Source: Octopus vulgaris (Eukaryota). From it: a stretch of 64,000 bases of DNA. A program made the translations under genes and the position numbers. The DNA is taken from contig OX597826.1 of the NCBI GenBank assembly GCA_951406725.2, positions 27,156,001 to 27,220,000 on the forward strand, given 5' to 3'. Of this stretch, positions 29,091 through 42,862 are shown piece by piece. The notes below the pieces were generated by a model. That model searched no databases, had not been told where the DNA came from, and worked only from the letters and a program-made list of their open reading frames with translations. Position 1 is the stretch's first letter; each line of letters starts with the position of its first letter.

Positions 29091-30223
29091 ATATGCATAT
29101 ATATTTTTTCTTCTCCCCTTCCCTTCTGGTCATTTCAAAATGTAACCATGTGTGTATCGTTGGCGATTTTCTTCCTCCGTCTTCCCTTCCTTTGGACTTT
29201 ACTCTGTTTCTGTGTGAGAAAACATGAGAAAACGAGAAGTTGACGTAAAAAGTGAAACGAGAAGAAAAGAAAAGAAGACCAAAATCTTCGTCCACTTTGA
29301 CTGCAGCAGCCATAATATAGCTGGTCCAGAATATACTACAGATGTATCATTAGTTTATCTCTAGTAGGAAGCGAGCCCATATATTTCGCACAGATGCCCG
29401 CAACAATATCAGCAACACGACTAACAATAATGGCGACAATAGTGCCTATTTTATTCTGATTTACTGCACTCTTCATGTTAAAGAGATTTTATGCTTGAGA
29501 AAAGAATCTTACAGTAAAACACTTAGCTACACATGCATAAACAATATTTCTTTTGCCAAATCTCCAGAAAACTAAACTCCCTAATTCGCCAAAACGAGTC
29601 CTTTTTGATGCGATTAAGAAGTAAAATTAAGTATTTGATAATATCTTTGAAGTCATCCCTTGCGGCATTTCCTACTTGCTCTGCCTTATGGGAACTGAAC
29701 CTAAATATCATTGTTCCATAGTCCCTTCGCCCATCTTCATGAAGTATTCCGTTAGGAATTGTATTACGTTTCCTGCTATGACGCATGACTATGTTTCCTT
29801 CATGTACAAGGACGGCTATTTTTCTTAAGACCCAACTGTCGGCCATCACTTTAAGATCCATATGAATGCGTGATACTGTAATAATGCAAAAATATTCTTT
29901 CACAAATTGATATTTCTTTCAATATCATTTAATATTAATAATGACGTCACATTTTTATGTTTTAGATTTAAAAAGCAAAATCAATTTTCATTTTCTTTTG
30001 AACCTCTCAATAATAATACTGTTTAGGGAGTTGTTAATGCTGCTTTTCATTTGAATTTGAATACACAAAATATTCATATTCTTGTTTTGCAGTTTCCCTT
30101 TACTTGGACAAAATTCTTTGACCATTACTATCGGTGCCTTATTGGAAAATAAATTCGCCAGTGAGGACAAATAATAAAAAAGAAAAAATTACACATTTTC
30201 CCTCTTAAGAAAGGAATGTATAC

Positions 30224-30385
30224 CTTCTTCTTCTTCTTCTTCTTCTTCTTCTTCTTCTTCTTCTTCTTCTTCTTCTTCTTCTTCTTCTTCTTCTTCTTCT
30301 TTCTTCTTCTTCTTCTTCTTCTTCTTCTTCTTCTTCTTCTTCTTCTTCTTCTTCTTCTTCTTCTTCTTCTTCTTCTTCTTCTTCT
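30224..30385. repeat. (CTT)n microsatellite
   Basis: Direct inspection. Confidence 0.97.
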
Positions 30386-31102
30386 ACACACCCACACTTA
30401 CTCATATATACACATGTATTTACGAACATATACAAACATACAAGCATGCAAACGCCTTTTACTAATGCTATCCTTTGGAAGGACTGCACTGACGTACACA
30501 CGAAAAGCATGTAAGAACCAGCAGGTATTCACACCTTTAAAACCAAGGAATACTAGTGGCAACTCGGTGCAAGCCTAATATACCTGATATTGCATGTTCC
30601 GTGGGACAGGAAACAAAAATCATGTATTTTTGCAGAATTCAGCTGCCCAGTGGATGTGAATGTAGTCAAAAGACTAGGAAAAAGAGAACATTTATGGCGA
30701 AATAATGCGGAACTTACCGCTCTTGTAGTCTGAAAAAACATCAAATATGCATCAGGTTATGTACCAACAAATTTGTACAAAAAATCTAGAAAAACTCGGT
30801 TTCACGGAAGAAGAGTAAACGAAAAGTGCCGATTCTCTAAATTCAATTTATTAGTGGCAATGTGAAGAATCGTAAGATATACCCAAAATTCTCCAACTGA
30901 GATTCTTATGTGAATAGATGCAAAAACTTGAATGCATGCAACGACAGTTCAATCAAGACACCAACTCGGCCACTTATTTCTAAACACCGGGAATTGTCTT
31001 AACTTAAAAAGCGTTATTGCTCTGTTAGCGACTGGCTTGAAATCTCGCAAGAGGAACTTAAATTATAAAGTCAAAGAAAAGCCATACATATATACATACA
31101 TG

Positions 31103-31134
<32 letters not shown>

Positions 31135-31284
31135 CATACATACATACATTGTTGTTGATGTTGAAATTCCAATGAAAGAGCATTGGATCTACGTTCGACC
31201 CAAGTCTTGGATCCAGCATTGGATCCAGGTCTCTCTCTATTGGCAAGAACTCTTGAAATAAAACTGAATAATGACATACATACA

Positions 31285-31318
<34 letters not shown>

Positions 31319-31729
31319 CATACATACAAGCATACAATAGTAAAGCGTTTCAATTAGTATAAGGCGTTTTCCATTGTTTGAATGATGCCATATCGCCAGT
31401 GAGGTGGGTGGGCCAACATTTTAACTTTGCGTAACGCCAGTTACTCGCAGAATTAAGCATTTAAGCAGTTCCAAGTGCACTGAAGTCACATGTTTTGCTC
31501 AGGGACAACGCACTGCCTCTCTACGAAACGAAACCGCGATCTCGCGATACATATGTGTGTCTTACATTCTCTCCGCCTTTCCCTCTCTCTCTCTCTCCTC
31601 TCTTTCTCTGTATATATATATATATATATATATACACATAGTTGAAATTTGCAGAAAAACAAAAGACGAAGACCGGTGTATAAACAACAAACAGCTGGAT
31701 TAGTATAACGCTCGGGAACGTGAGAACGT

Positions 31730-31765
31730 CTTTTACGTTTCGAGCTTACGCTCTTCACCAGAAAG
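31730..31765 (-). ncRNA. Minimal type I hammerhead-like motif (Penelope-like), with A6G core variant
   Basis: Minus strand reads CTTT-CTGGTGA-A-GAGC-GTAA-GCTC-GAAA-CG-TA-AAAG. Stem I is CTTT/AAAG, stem II is GAGC/GCTC, and stem III is the palindromic ACGT. Confidence 0.55.
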
Positions 31766-32274
31766 GAACACGAGGAAATAAACAGAGAGAGACTAAAAAA
31801 TGCTTTCGGAGCTAGTGGTCAAACATGGCGGTTGATATATAGATTTAAGATATTTCCAAGTGTCGGGTAAATTCGCTGCTGGCTTTACTCTATGTTTTGG
31901 CGAGCTGTCTGTAGGACGTTTTGAACTAACTTCCTCGATATATAAAGACGAAAAACTCAGTATGTAGTGTTTGATGCGGTATATATGCGATATTCTGTAT
32001 ATATAGTTCAATAGCGATTCTCGCTGACGAGCCATGGACGGTTTACTGCATTGGTTGGTTAAATAATTGATAAGAGCATTTAATCATTAAGGGCAAAACT
32101 TCGAAGTACGGATATAAATAACCATTTTTGAATTCTCTCAAATTGTCCTGCATGCCTAAATTCAACGTGCCAAAATAAAAATAGCTTTCTCGTAGGTTGG
32201 GATTTAACTCCAATTTCTAGCGTGAGGAAAAACCATTTAGTGGCTTTCCCTCAGTCTATATAAATAACATTTAT

Positions 32275-32357
<83 letters not shown>

Positions 32358-32728
32358 GGTAGGTAGGTAGGTAGGTATGTATGTACGTGTGTATGTATAT
32401 AGTAATTAAAGTGTAGAGAGCCGTACATCAATAGATCGGTCTTACGAAAACATGAATGAAACTAATACATGTACTTTAATTCAGAAGTCATGTCCATTGG
32501 ACGGAAACGTATCAATCAAAGTGAATGATAAAATATGTTGAATCTGCACATGAAAGTATTACTGATGGGACACATAGTTACAACTGTCAACGTTGCTGTT
32601 ATCATTATACATACATACATATCGATATACATATATACACACATACATACATACATACACCCATACCTATACATAAATACGCATATTCATATGCATACAT
32701 TCACAAATACGTAGGCAGACATATATAT

Positions 32729-32844
<116 letters not shown>

Positions 32845-32967
32845 GTGTGTGTGTGTGTGTGTGTCTACTTCTAAATGTATTTGTAGATTAAAGAAATGTT
32901 TGAATGAAACAATAAAGAGAATTTATCTTGTATATAACAAGGTCGAAGATAGTTGCATTGCAGAGAA

Positions 32968-33037
<70 letters not shown>

Positions 33038-33111
33038 TGAGAGACTGAGAGAATGAGTGAACATCCCTACACATTTTTAGAAATGTTACATTCATAGAAA
33101 ATGACACTAAA

Positions 33112-33452
33112 TACAGAATGCGGTGTCGTCTAAATTACTGAAAAATAAAAATAACATTGACATCTCATTTTAACAGATATATTTACTAAAATAATATAAA
33201 AATCTCATTGAATACTAAAGAGTAAATTTATTCAATAACAACGCCATTGGCTTCAACCACCGTTTCAAATTTTTGGGGCGGTCTCTTTGTTTAACTTGGT
33301 GAATGCTGCAATAATCCTTGCCATCAGTTCATCTTTAGTGCCATAAGGAGTTTTGTTGGTCTCTGGCCCAACTGCGCCTCACACATAATAACCAAGGGGT
33401 GTCCAGTCAGGGGAGTTAGGTGGCCAGATGTTAGGGGTGATCTAGTCGCAGG
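33112..33452 (-). mobile_element. Tc1/mariner-superfamily transposon 3' fragment
   Basis: Minus-strand ITPNIWPPNSPDWTPLGYYV*GAV..TNKTPYGTKDELMARIIAAF..VVEANG contains the WPPNSPD motif. Confidence 0.8.
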
Positions 33453-33511
33453 AATTTTCTTTTTTGGAAAAAAAACTTTATCAATGGCCTGCATATTATA
33501 TATATATATAC

Positions 33512-33583
<72 letters not shown>

Positions 33584-33984
33584 AATGAATGTAAAAATAC
33601 ATTACGACGGATATATCATGAACAATTCAAAATTATTTACGAATATATCAGTGACGAGAACTTGCAATCAAACTTTTTTCATAACAGAAGAGTGTATAAT
33701 TGTGAATAAATCACAATTATAACGGAGAGGGTTATAAAATTCCTTACATGCCTAGAAACAGCAGCCAAATCGCTATAAAGCCACTATATACTCGTAGTAT
33801 ATCTCCTTAATCATAAAAGCTTTCGGTGAGCGACATGACATAAAAGTCCACAATTAAAAAAAAGACATGGTTAGTCCTCTATTGCAATTTCAAAGATAGG
33901 AACCAAAAGTGGATGTATTATTCTTGTCAGGAGGACATTCCTGTACTTAGAAATTAACACAAAAACAGGTTTGGGGCATTGAAA

Positions 33985-34070
33985 CGATGGCTTAAAGCAA
34001 ACTACCCACATGGTAATTATGTATGGATACAGGATGGTGCTCCAGCCCACATAGCTAGAAAAATACAAGA
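33985..34070 (+). pseudogene. Tc1-like transposase fragment (second catalytic Asp motif)
   Basis: Translates as WLKANYPHGNYVWIQDGAPAHIARKIQ. Confidence 0.7.
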
Positions 34071-34084
34071 TTTATGGACATTGA

Positions 34085-34865
34085 AACGATGAAATCAATG
34101 TCGATCTCGGCGGAGATTTGAACTTAGAACGTATCGACGGACGAAATACCGTTCGGCATTTTTTCCCTGCGCAGTAACACTTCGGCCAGTTCACCACATT
34201 GTGAATGCCAAGTATTACTTTCCAGTGTTGACACAAAGCCAGCAATTTTGGAGGCGGTTACAAGTCGGCTCCAATATAAAACTGGTACTTATTTTACAGA
34301 CCGCGAAAGGATGAAAGGCGAAATCGACCTCTGAGGAATTTGAACTCGGAGCGTAAAGACGGACGAAATACCGCTAAGCATTTCGCCCGGAGCGCTAATA
34401 AATTCTGCCATCTCGCTGCCTTGATATTGACAAATATTAATGGCAGTATTTTGGAGGTAGAAGGCAAGGCGGTATTTCGTCTGCCGCTACGTTCTGAGTT
34501 CAAATTCCGCCGAAGTCAACTTTGCCTTTCATCCTTTCGGGGTTTATTAATTAAGTACCAGTTACGCCCTGGGATCGATATAATCGACTTAAACCGTGTG
34601 TCTGTCCTTGTTTGTCCCCTCTGTGTGTAACCCCTTGTGGGCAGTAAAGAAATATGTAATTCGTCTGCCGTTACGTTCTGAGTTGAACTTCCGCCGAGGT
34701 CGACTTTGCCTTTCATGCTTTCGGGGTCGATAAATTAAAGACCAATTACGCACTGGGGTCGATGTAATCGACTTAATGGTTTGTCTATCCTTGTCTGTCC
34801 CCTCTATGTTTAGCCCCTTGTAGGTAATAAAGAAATAGGTATTTCGTCTGCCGTTACGTTCTGAG
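34085..34865. mobile_element. Cluster of SINE family A copies: two on the minus strand, then a head-truncated tandem array on the plus strand
   Basis: Minus copies at 34085-34421. Plus-strand units restart at TTCGTCTGCCG(C/T)TACG near 34476, 34660 and 34843. Confidence 0.85.
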
Positions 34866-34979
34866 CATGTTCGTGAAATTTACGTGCAAGTGGCTGAGCA
34901 CTCCACAGACACGTGTAACCTTAACGTATTTCTCAGGGAGATTCAGCGTGATAAGGCTGGGCCTTTGAAATACAGGTAC

Positions 34980-35166
34980 AACAGAAAGAAGAAGAGAAAG
35001 TTGTGATGAAAAAGTACAGCAGGGTTTGCCATCACCCCCGGCCGGAGTCTCGGGGAGCTTTAAGCGTTTTCGGTCAATAAACACTCACAACGCCCAGTCT
35101 GGGAATCGAAGCCGCGGTCCTATGACCGCGAGTCCTCTACCCCAACCATTGGGCCATTGCGCCTCC
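34980..35166 (-). mobile_element. tRNA-derived SINE family C
   Basis: Head GGAGGCGCAATGGCCCAATGGTT..GGACTCGCGGTC..TTCGATTCCCAGAC. Other copies at 36820-37085 and 62930-63209. Confidence 0.8.
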
Positions 35167-35513
35167 TTACACAGAAGTATAAGGTAGGTGTATGACATGC
35201 TGTATAAATTGTAGGGGACGTATAACAGGTACGTTCTGAGGTCAAACCTGCCCGTGGTCGATGTTTGTTTTTATCATTCTCTGGGTCGATAAAATAAGGA
35301 CCAGGCAGGTAGAGCCGATAAATTCAAGTACTGTACTCTCCCGACAATTGCGCGAATGCTTCAAGAAGTATGAACTAGAGGAGAAGTTGTAGGAGGAGGA
35401 GAAGGATGAGGAGGAGGTGAATAGGAGGCGAAGTAGAGGTAAAGAGGAGGCGAAGACGAGGTGAAGGCAAAAGGATAAAAAGAAGCACCCGAATGCAGCA
35501 GCGGTAGTGGTAA

Positions 35514-35566
<53 letters not shown>

Positions 35567-36021
35567 AGCTGGTGGTAGGACGTCGTAATGGTTGTAGTGA
35601 TAGTAGTAACAGTAGTACTGGTAGTGTCAGTGGTAGTTATAGTGGTAGTAGCGGTAAGCATTATTAGTGGCGGTGGTGGTGGTGGTGGTGGTAGTAGTAG
35701 TAACAGTTGCAGTAACAGCAGCACCAGTAGTGGTGGTGATAGTAGTTGTTAGTTGTATTATAAGCATTGGTTGTATATTGGCAGGAAAATTAGTTGTAAA
35801 TACATCGAGGGTAAGCGTGGTAGCGTTTCGGTAACAACAGCCGTAGAAGTGGTTAAACACCAGTTCTATGTAGAAATGATGGTGGTGGCCATGATGATGA
35901 TGATGATGATGATGGAGAGAAGGAGAGAAGGAGGAGAGGTGTGTGAACTGCAGATCCTCATTACCGCGATAATGAAAACGATGATGATGTCTGCAGACAT
36001 ACATGCAAGTTTGTATGTATG

Positions 36022-36101
<80 letters not shown>

Positions 36102-36237
36102 GATATATATATATACACATACATGCATACACATACACACGCGTACACACACGCGTGCACAAACATACGCGCATACACGCACGTATCTGTATATAAGAAT
36201 ATATGTATATGCAAGTTTTATATATATATATATATGC

Positions 36238-36269
<32 letters not shown>

Positions 36270-36384
36270 GTATATATATACATATATATAACTATATATA
36301 CATACATATATATATATACATACATATATAGACACTCACTCACATATATATATACATGTATATGTGTGTTTGTGTTCTTTGATT

Positions 36385-36705
36385 CTTTTATTTATTTTAG
36401 TCATTTAGTCGAACAAATCGACACCAGGACTTATGCTTTGTGAGCCTAGGACTTATCCTATCGGTTTTTTTTTTGCCGATCTGTTAAGTTACGGGGACGT
36501 AAACACGCCACCATCGGTTGTCAAGCGATGGGAGGGGTACAAACACAGATAACACACACATATGACGGGACGGGCTTCTTTTAGTTTCCGTCTACTAAAT
36601 CCACTCCCAAAGCTTTGACCGGCCTGAGGTTATAGTAGAAGACACTTGCTCAAGGTACCACGCAGTAGGACTGAACCCAAGCTACTTACCACACAGCCAC
36701 TCCTA
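36385..36705 (-). mobile_element. SINE family B
   Basis: Reverse-complement match to 7244-7635. Confidence 0.8.
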
Positions 36706-36795
36706 CACTAATATCTCTCTGCATAGATACATTTATGTGTGCATACATTTATGTGTGCATGCATTTATGTAGCTGCAAGTTTGTATATATGTATG

Positions 36796-36819
<24 letters not shown>

Positions 36820-36826
<7 letters not shown>

Positions 36827-37085
36827 ATCACGTGACCGACCAGTCCATCAGATGTAGTTACACATCGCTGGTCACAATGCGTTCGCATTGCTTTTCTTAG
36901 CCTTTGAATGACGCTACCCCAATGGCTAAGCGAGCAGGCCAACAGAGGAAAGAGTGTGAGAAAGATTGGTGAAAGAGTACAGCAGGGATCACCACCTCCT
37001 GCCGGAGACTCGTGGTCTGGGAATCGAAACCGCGATCCTACGACCGCGAGTCCGTCGCCTTAACCACTGGGCCATTGCGCCTCCA
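36820..37085 (-). mobile_element. SINE family C with 3' tail, within TA repeats
   Basis: Same head as 34980-35166, with a longer tail. Confidence 0.8.
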
Positions 37086-37086
37086 A

Positions 37087-37120
<34 letters not shown>

Positions 37121-37189
37121 TTTGATACTTTGATAGGTTTTGGCCATTATTGGCCCAGGCCATGTCTAACTTAATAGCACCACCTGGTG

Positions 37190-37298
<109 letters not shown>

Positions 37299-37574
37299 TA
37301 TGTGTGTTTACATGTATTGATATATGTAAATGCTGTTGTTTGTGTAGATTTATGCATGCATACTTGAATGCATGATGTGTATCTGTGCGTTTGTATAAGT
37401 GCATATATCGATGTGAGTGTGTATGTTCATGTCTATGTAAAAATACACGTTTTGCTTTCTGTGTGTCCGTATGTGTGTGTTTGTGCGAATGTGTGTATGT
37501 GCATGTGTGTGTGTATGTGCGTGTTTGTCTCTATGCGTAAGTATAACCGTTTGTGTTTTTTTTCTATCTGCTTA

Positions 37575-37990
37575 TGCGTTAGAACGTACACGTATTTACA
37601 AATGTGTGTGTGAAAATGTATCAGTGTAGCTATGTACCCGAGCACAGATTCTCAATGCGTGTGTGTGTGTGAGTGCATGTGTGAGTGTGTGTGTTTTTGT
37701 GGATATTTGTGCATGTGTGTGTCTATGCGTTTGAGCGTACGCGTAAGTACGAATGCGTGTGTGACAATATATCAGTGTAGTTATGTACCCGTGCATGGAT
37801 TCTCAATGCGTGTGTGTGTGTGAGTGTGTATGTGTGTGTGTGTGTGCATGTGTGTGTGTGTGCTTGTGTATGTGTGTGCATGTGTGTGGCTATGCGTTTG
37901 AGCGTACGCGTATGGACGAATGATTGTATGACAATATATCAGTGTAGCTATGTACCCGTGCACGGATTCTCAATATGTGTGTGTGTGTGT
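37575..37990. repeat. Three-copy ~150-170-bp minisatellite with embedded (GT)n
   Basis: TATCAGTGTAG(C/T)TATGTACCCG..GATTCTCAAT occurs near 37619, 37770 and 37937. Confidence 0.85.
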
Positions 37991-38535
37991 GTGTGTGTGT
38001 GAGTGAGTGTGTATGCGTGTGCGTTGTGTGTGAGCGTATGTTTGTATATACATGATAGTATAACTTAGTGCGTTTGTATCAGAGCATGGCTTTTTCAATG
38101 AGTGAGTGTGCATGTTTTTTTTCTTTGCTGTGTTTGTGTGTGTGTGTTTGTGCGTGAAGGTATGTAAACATATGTTTGTGATTCAGTTTTTTTATATCTG
38201 TATGTGATACATGTGTGCATGCTATGTTTTTCTTTTTTCACTAGGTGCATGCGCATATGTTTGCATACGTATACATGCGTGTATGTATGTGTGTGTGCGC
38301 ATGGTCGCGTGAGTGAACGTCTGTGTGTGCTTTTAATTTAGGTCCTTAGTCCGTGTTGATTAGAATACATGGCATTTTCAGTGTGTGTGTATGTGTGTGT
38401 ATGTTAGCGTATTTATGTGTCCGCGTTACTGTATGTCTGTGTGTGTCTGAGTACGTGTGTGTGTGAGTGTGTCTCTGTGTGCATCTGTGCTTGTGTGCCT
38501 TTCGTCTGTGAACGTATGTTTATTCTTGTATGATA

Positions 38536-38569
<34 letters not shown>

Positions 38570-38599
38570 GTATATTTATATATATATAAATATATATGT

Positions 38600-38654
<55 letters not shown>

Positions 38655-38719
38655 CTTATATTTACATATATACGAATATATATGTACATATATATATATG
38701 CCTGTATATACATACATTT

Positions 38720-38932
<213 letters not shown>

Positions 38933-40084
38933 TTATATATTAATGTGTATGATTGTATTGCGTTCTTTTGTAATTTAGTATATGTGTGTAAGTGTGCGTT
39001 TGAATTTGTGCGTATGTCTGCGTGCGTATGTGTATGTGCTTCTGTTACTATATACATATATATGTGTATGAATGCATGTTACTTTATTTTTTTCTCAGCG
39101 TATGTGTATGTGTGTGTCCGTATGCACGTATGTATGTATATGTATACGTGTGTGTGTGTGTGTGTATGAACGTTTACGTGTTAGTATAGCTATATGCGTA
39201 AATGTGAGTGCATTTTTGTTTATTATGTGTGTGTGTGTGTGTGTGTGTATGTGTGTAAAATGGTGCTTGTATTTTATTATATTTGTGTATGCATGTGTAC
39301 ATGTTATCTTTCATAGAGTATATTATATATATGTGTGTGCGTGTGTGTTTATGTAGGTGTGTATGTGTGTACGTGTGTGCGTGTGAGTGCAAGAGCACGT
39401 GAGCGTTATGTAGAAGCTTTGCTCTCCTTCTAGCCAGCATACCAACCTAACGATCGGCCAGCCACCCATCCAAGCATTGCCGTCACCTGATCAATGTCGG
39501 CCATCAATCATACCCGCTTCTGGCTGCGATTCTCTATCAAAGCCAAACGATGCGAGAATGAGTCGCCTAGCAACTGGCATTAGCAATATTTTTGGAAAAG
39601 ACCTGACTTGGTTTTGGGAAATAGCAAATGAAGATGGGGAAGAGAATGAATAAAAGAATGAATGGGAAGGAACGGCAGGAAGATGAAGAAGAAGAAAAAG
39701 AAGTAAACAAGGAAGAAAAAGGAGGAAGTGAAGAAAGAAAGGAAGAAGGGAAGAATTGGGTGTGAGGATAGTGGAAAGAAGAGGTGGGAATGGTGTTAGG
39801 GGTGGTGGTGGTTGTTTTGCATGGGGAGAATAAACTTCAGGTTGGAAAGGGAGGAAGAAGGTATAGTAAGAAAGAAAGAGGGCAATGAAAGTAAGAAAGA
39901 AAGAAAGAAAAAATGGGATCAAAGAGGAAAAGGAAGAAAGACAGAAGGACGTGAGAGAAGAACGAAACGGCGAAGTTATAACGGCAACAGAAAGGAAACC
40001 AAGAGAAAACGGACGAAAGAAAAGAACGAGTTATAATGAATGATGATGATGACGGTGTTGATGAAGATAATGATGAAGAAGCAG

Positions 40085-40250
40085 AAGCAGAAGAAGAAGA
40101 AGAAGAAGAAGAAGAAGAAGAAGAAGAAGAAGAAGAAGAAGAAGAAGAAGAAGAAGAAAAAGAAGAAGAAGAAGGAGGAGAAGAAGAAGAAGAAGAAGAA
40201 GAAGAAGAAGAAGAAGAAGAAGAAGAAGAAGAAAGAGGAGGAAGAAGAAA
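40085..40250. repeat. (GAA)n microsatellite
   Basis: Direct inspection. Confidence 0.95.
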
Positions 40251-40832
40251 GAGAAATACGATGAAGAAAAGATGATGGAGAATGGTGAAAAGAAGGAAAT
40301 GGAGGAGAAAAATAGAAGAAATAGTTGAAGAACAAGATTAAAAGACGAAATGAAAATGGGTGATTACTATTTTGGGCGAAAGAAAATTAGTCCAATAGGA
40401 GAACATTGAGGAGCGAAAGAGGAAATTGTGTTGAGAACGAGGCTGAAAGAAAGGAGAGCTGAAAGAACGAAGGGAAAATGGACGGTGTTGAGTAGATAAG
40501 GGAGAATCTAATGATTTAGTGAATGCGAATTAACAACACTGCTAAATCCCCACGCGCACAGCTAATCCCATAGGAATATATTTGAAATAATTGTGAATGA
40601 AAGCATGTAAACGAAAGAAGGAATAACTTTGAGATAAAGGACGCGTAAGGAAAGAAAAAAGTTAAATAAATTAAGATAGATACAGTCACAGCGCCGATTC
40701 TCTGGACACTGGTAGTCCGGAATCCTTATAATCCGCACCATCTTACACATGTATCTTTTTATGCTTTAGAAGAATTTTTTAATCGAATGAATCGACACTT
40801 GTAGTTTTTTTTTCAGCCAGGTACACATTCTT

Positions 40833-41060
40833 ATTTCATTACTGCCCGCTAGGGGCTACACACAGAGAGGACAAACAAGGATAGACACACGGATTAAGTC
40901 GATTACATCGACCCCAATGCGTAACTGGTACTTAATTTATCGACCCCGAAAGGATGAAAGGCAATGTCGACCTCGGTGGAATTTGAACTCACAACGTAAC
41001 GGCAGACGAAATACCGCTAAGCATTTCGCCCGGCGTGCTAACGTTTATGCCAGCTCGCCA
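40833..41060 (-). mobile_element. SINE family A, full length
   Basis: Colinear with 12531-12758. Confidence 0.88.
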
Positions 41061-41074
41061 CCTTTTATCTATCC

Positions 41075-41340
41075 GTCTCATTTGCCGATATGCCGAATCA
41101 CTAAGTTATGGGGACGTAAACACACCAACACCGGTTGCCAAGCGGTGGAGGCGGACAAACACAGCGACGAAGATGCCCCCCCCCATACACACATACGGTG
41201 GGATTGTTTCAGTTTCCGTCTACCAAATCCATTGACAAGGCCTTTGTTGGTTCGAGATTATAGTAGAAGAGAATTGCGAAAGGGATTAAACCGGGAACCA
41301 TGAGGTTAGGAGGTAAACTTCTTACCACACCGCCACACTT
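41075..41340 (-). mobile_element. SINE family B, degenerate
   Basis: Reverse-complement body and head. Confidence 0.7.
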
Positions 41341-41996
41341 AATTGTATTTAATATTACTAAATAATTAAATTCAATATTTGTTTAATTTTAAAGTATGTT
41401 GATCAAAGTATCCACTTCTGTTTCGGAAAAACTAGTAAGCCGGATTCCGGAAAATCGATGTTGTACTTGTAGAAAGATATGAAGAAGGGAAGGAAAGGAA
41501 AAAGAAACAGGGAATGAGAGGAATAAAGAGAATGAGATAAAAGAAATATTTAATGAGAGAAGAGAAATGGAAGTCAGTGAATGCGTCAAAACACGAAGGA
41601 AGGAAAAGGGATGAAAAGGTGTAGAAGGTAGTGGTGGTGGTGGTAGTGGTGGGGAACTGAACGGAAGGGAAAATGAGTTGATAATCGGAAATAAAGAGAA
41701 AAGAAAGAAGGAGTTTTATAAATAAAAAAAAAGATGTAAAATAAAAGAAGAAAATATTCTTGAACGTGAGTAGGGTGTCTAAAAGTTTGGGGCCGAAATG
41801 AAGAAATATACATGAGCGATAAAACGAAAAACAGAAGGATCGAATCTTTAAAATTAGAAAAAGAATTCAAAATAATATTGAGAAGAAAGAAAAAAGAAAG
41901 AATGCAGATGAGAGAGAGAGAGAGAGACAGAGAGAGAGACAGAGAGAGACAGAGAGAGAGAGAGAGACAGAGAGAGACAGAGACAGAGAGAGAGAG

Positions 41997-42027
<31 letters not shown>

Positions 42028-42687
42028 AGCAAATAAAGAAGTATGCACATTTAAAATCAAGGAAGAATATAGAAAAGGAAATTTCAAAAATGGCGAATAT
42101 TGTTCGATATGAGAAAAAATACATCATTTTCTTACAATAGCTTTATCTGTTGTCTCTTATCTTTTATTTGTTTCTGTCAAAATCCGGGCCAAATCCCAAA
42201 CCAGGATTCTTTTAGGGAGCCGAACCAAAAAATAAAGTAAATAAAACAGAGGTTAATAAAAAGAAAAATCTATTATGTTAATAGAAGGAAGACCGTCGCA
42301 GACCGCTGGAAGGATGCTTGAGGGCCGCATTAGGCGAAGTTCTGTAGACAGGAAGGGAAGTGAAAGCTAATTTCGTATGAGGCGTATGAAAGATCGAGTG
42401 GTACTGAGGGTATTTCGACTGAGAACTGATAACATAAAACTACGTGGATGGGATGGAGGAGTGACTAAGCATCTTAGATATTGTCCTTCACTCGTCTGTC
42501 CATCAATCGGAGGTGAAAGGAAATTTTAGTTCTCTAGTTGTTCTATTTTTTTAGCTGGAGACTTTCATCAAACTAAAAATATGATTCAACTTATAAAAGT
42601 AAAAAAATAAATAAAAATAAGCTGTTAGGAAGTTGAATATAATGAATAAATGAAGTGTTTATATTGTTTATATTGCTGTGTAGAAAT

Positions 42688-42862
42688 GCGGCGAGCTGGC
42701 AGAAACGTTAGCACGCCGGGCGAAATGCGTAGCCGTATTTCGTCTGCCGTTACGTTCTGAGTTCAAATTCCGTCGAGGTCGACTTTGCCTTTCATCCTTT
42801 CGGGGTCGATAAATTAAGTACCAGTTACGCACTGGGTCGATGTAATCGACTTGATCCGTTTG
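42688..42862 (+). mobile_element. SINE family A, tail missing
   Basis: GCGGCGAGCTGGCAGAAACGTTAGCACGCCGGGCGAAATG head and body. Confidence 0.88.

Noticed and set aside
29523-29903. 126-aa non-repetitive minus-strand ORF with an acceptor-like site
   Set aside because: No recognisable motif, no ATG at the annotated start and no convincing donor. It could be chance or UTR; RNA-seq is needed.
42180-42345. Possible hAT MITE remnant (GGGCCGCA motifs)
   Set aside because: TIRs and TSD could not be delimited.
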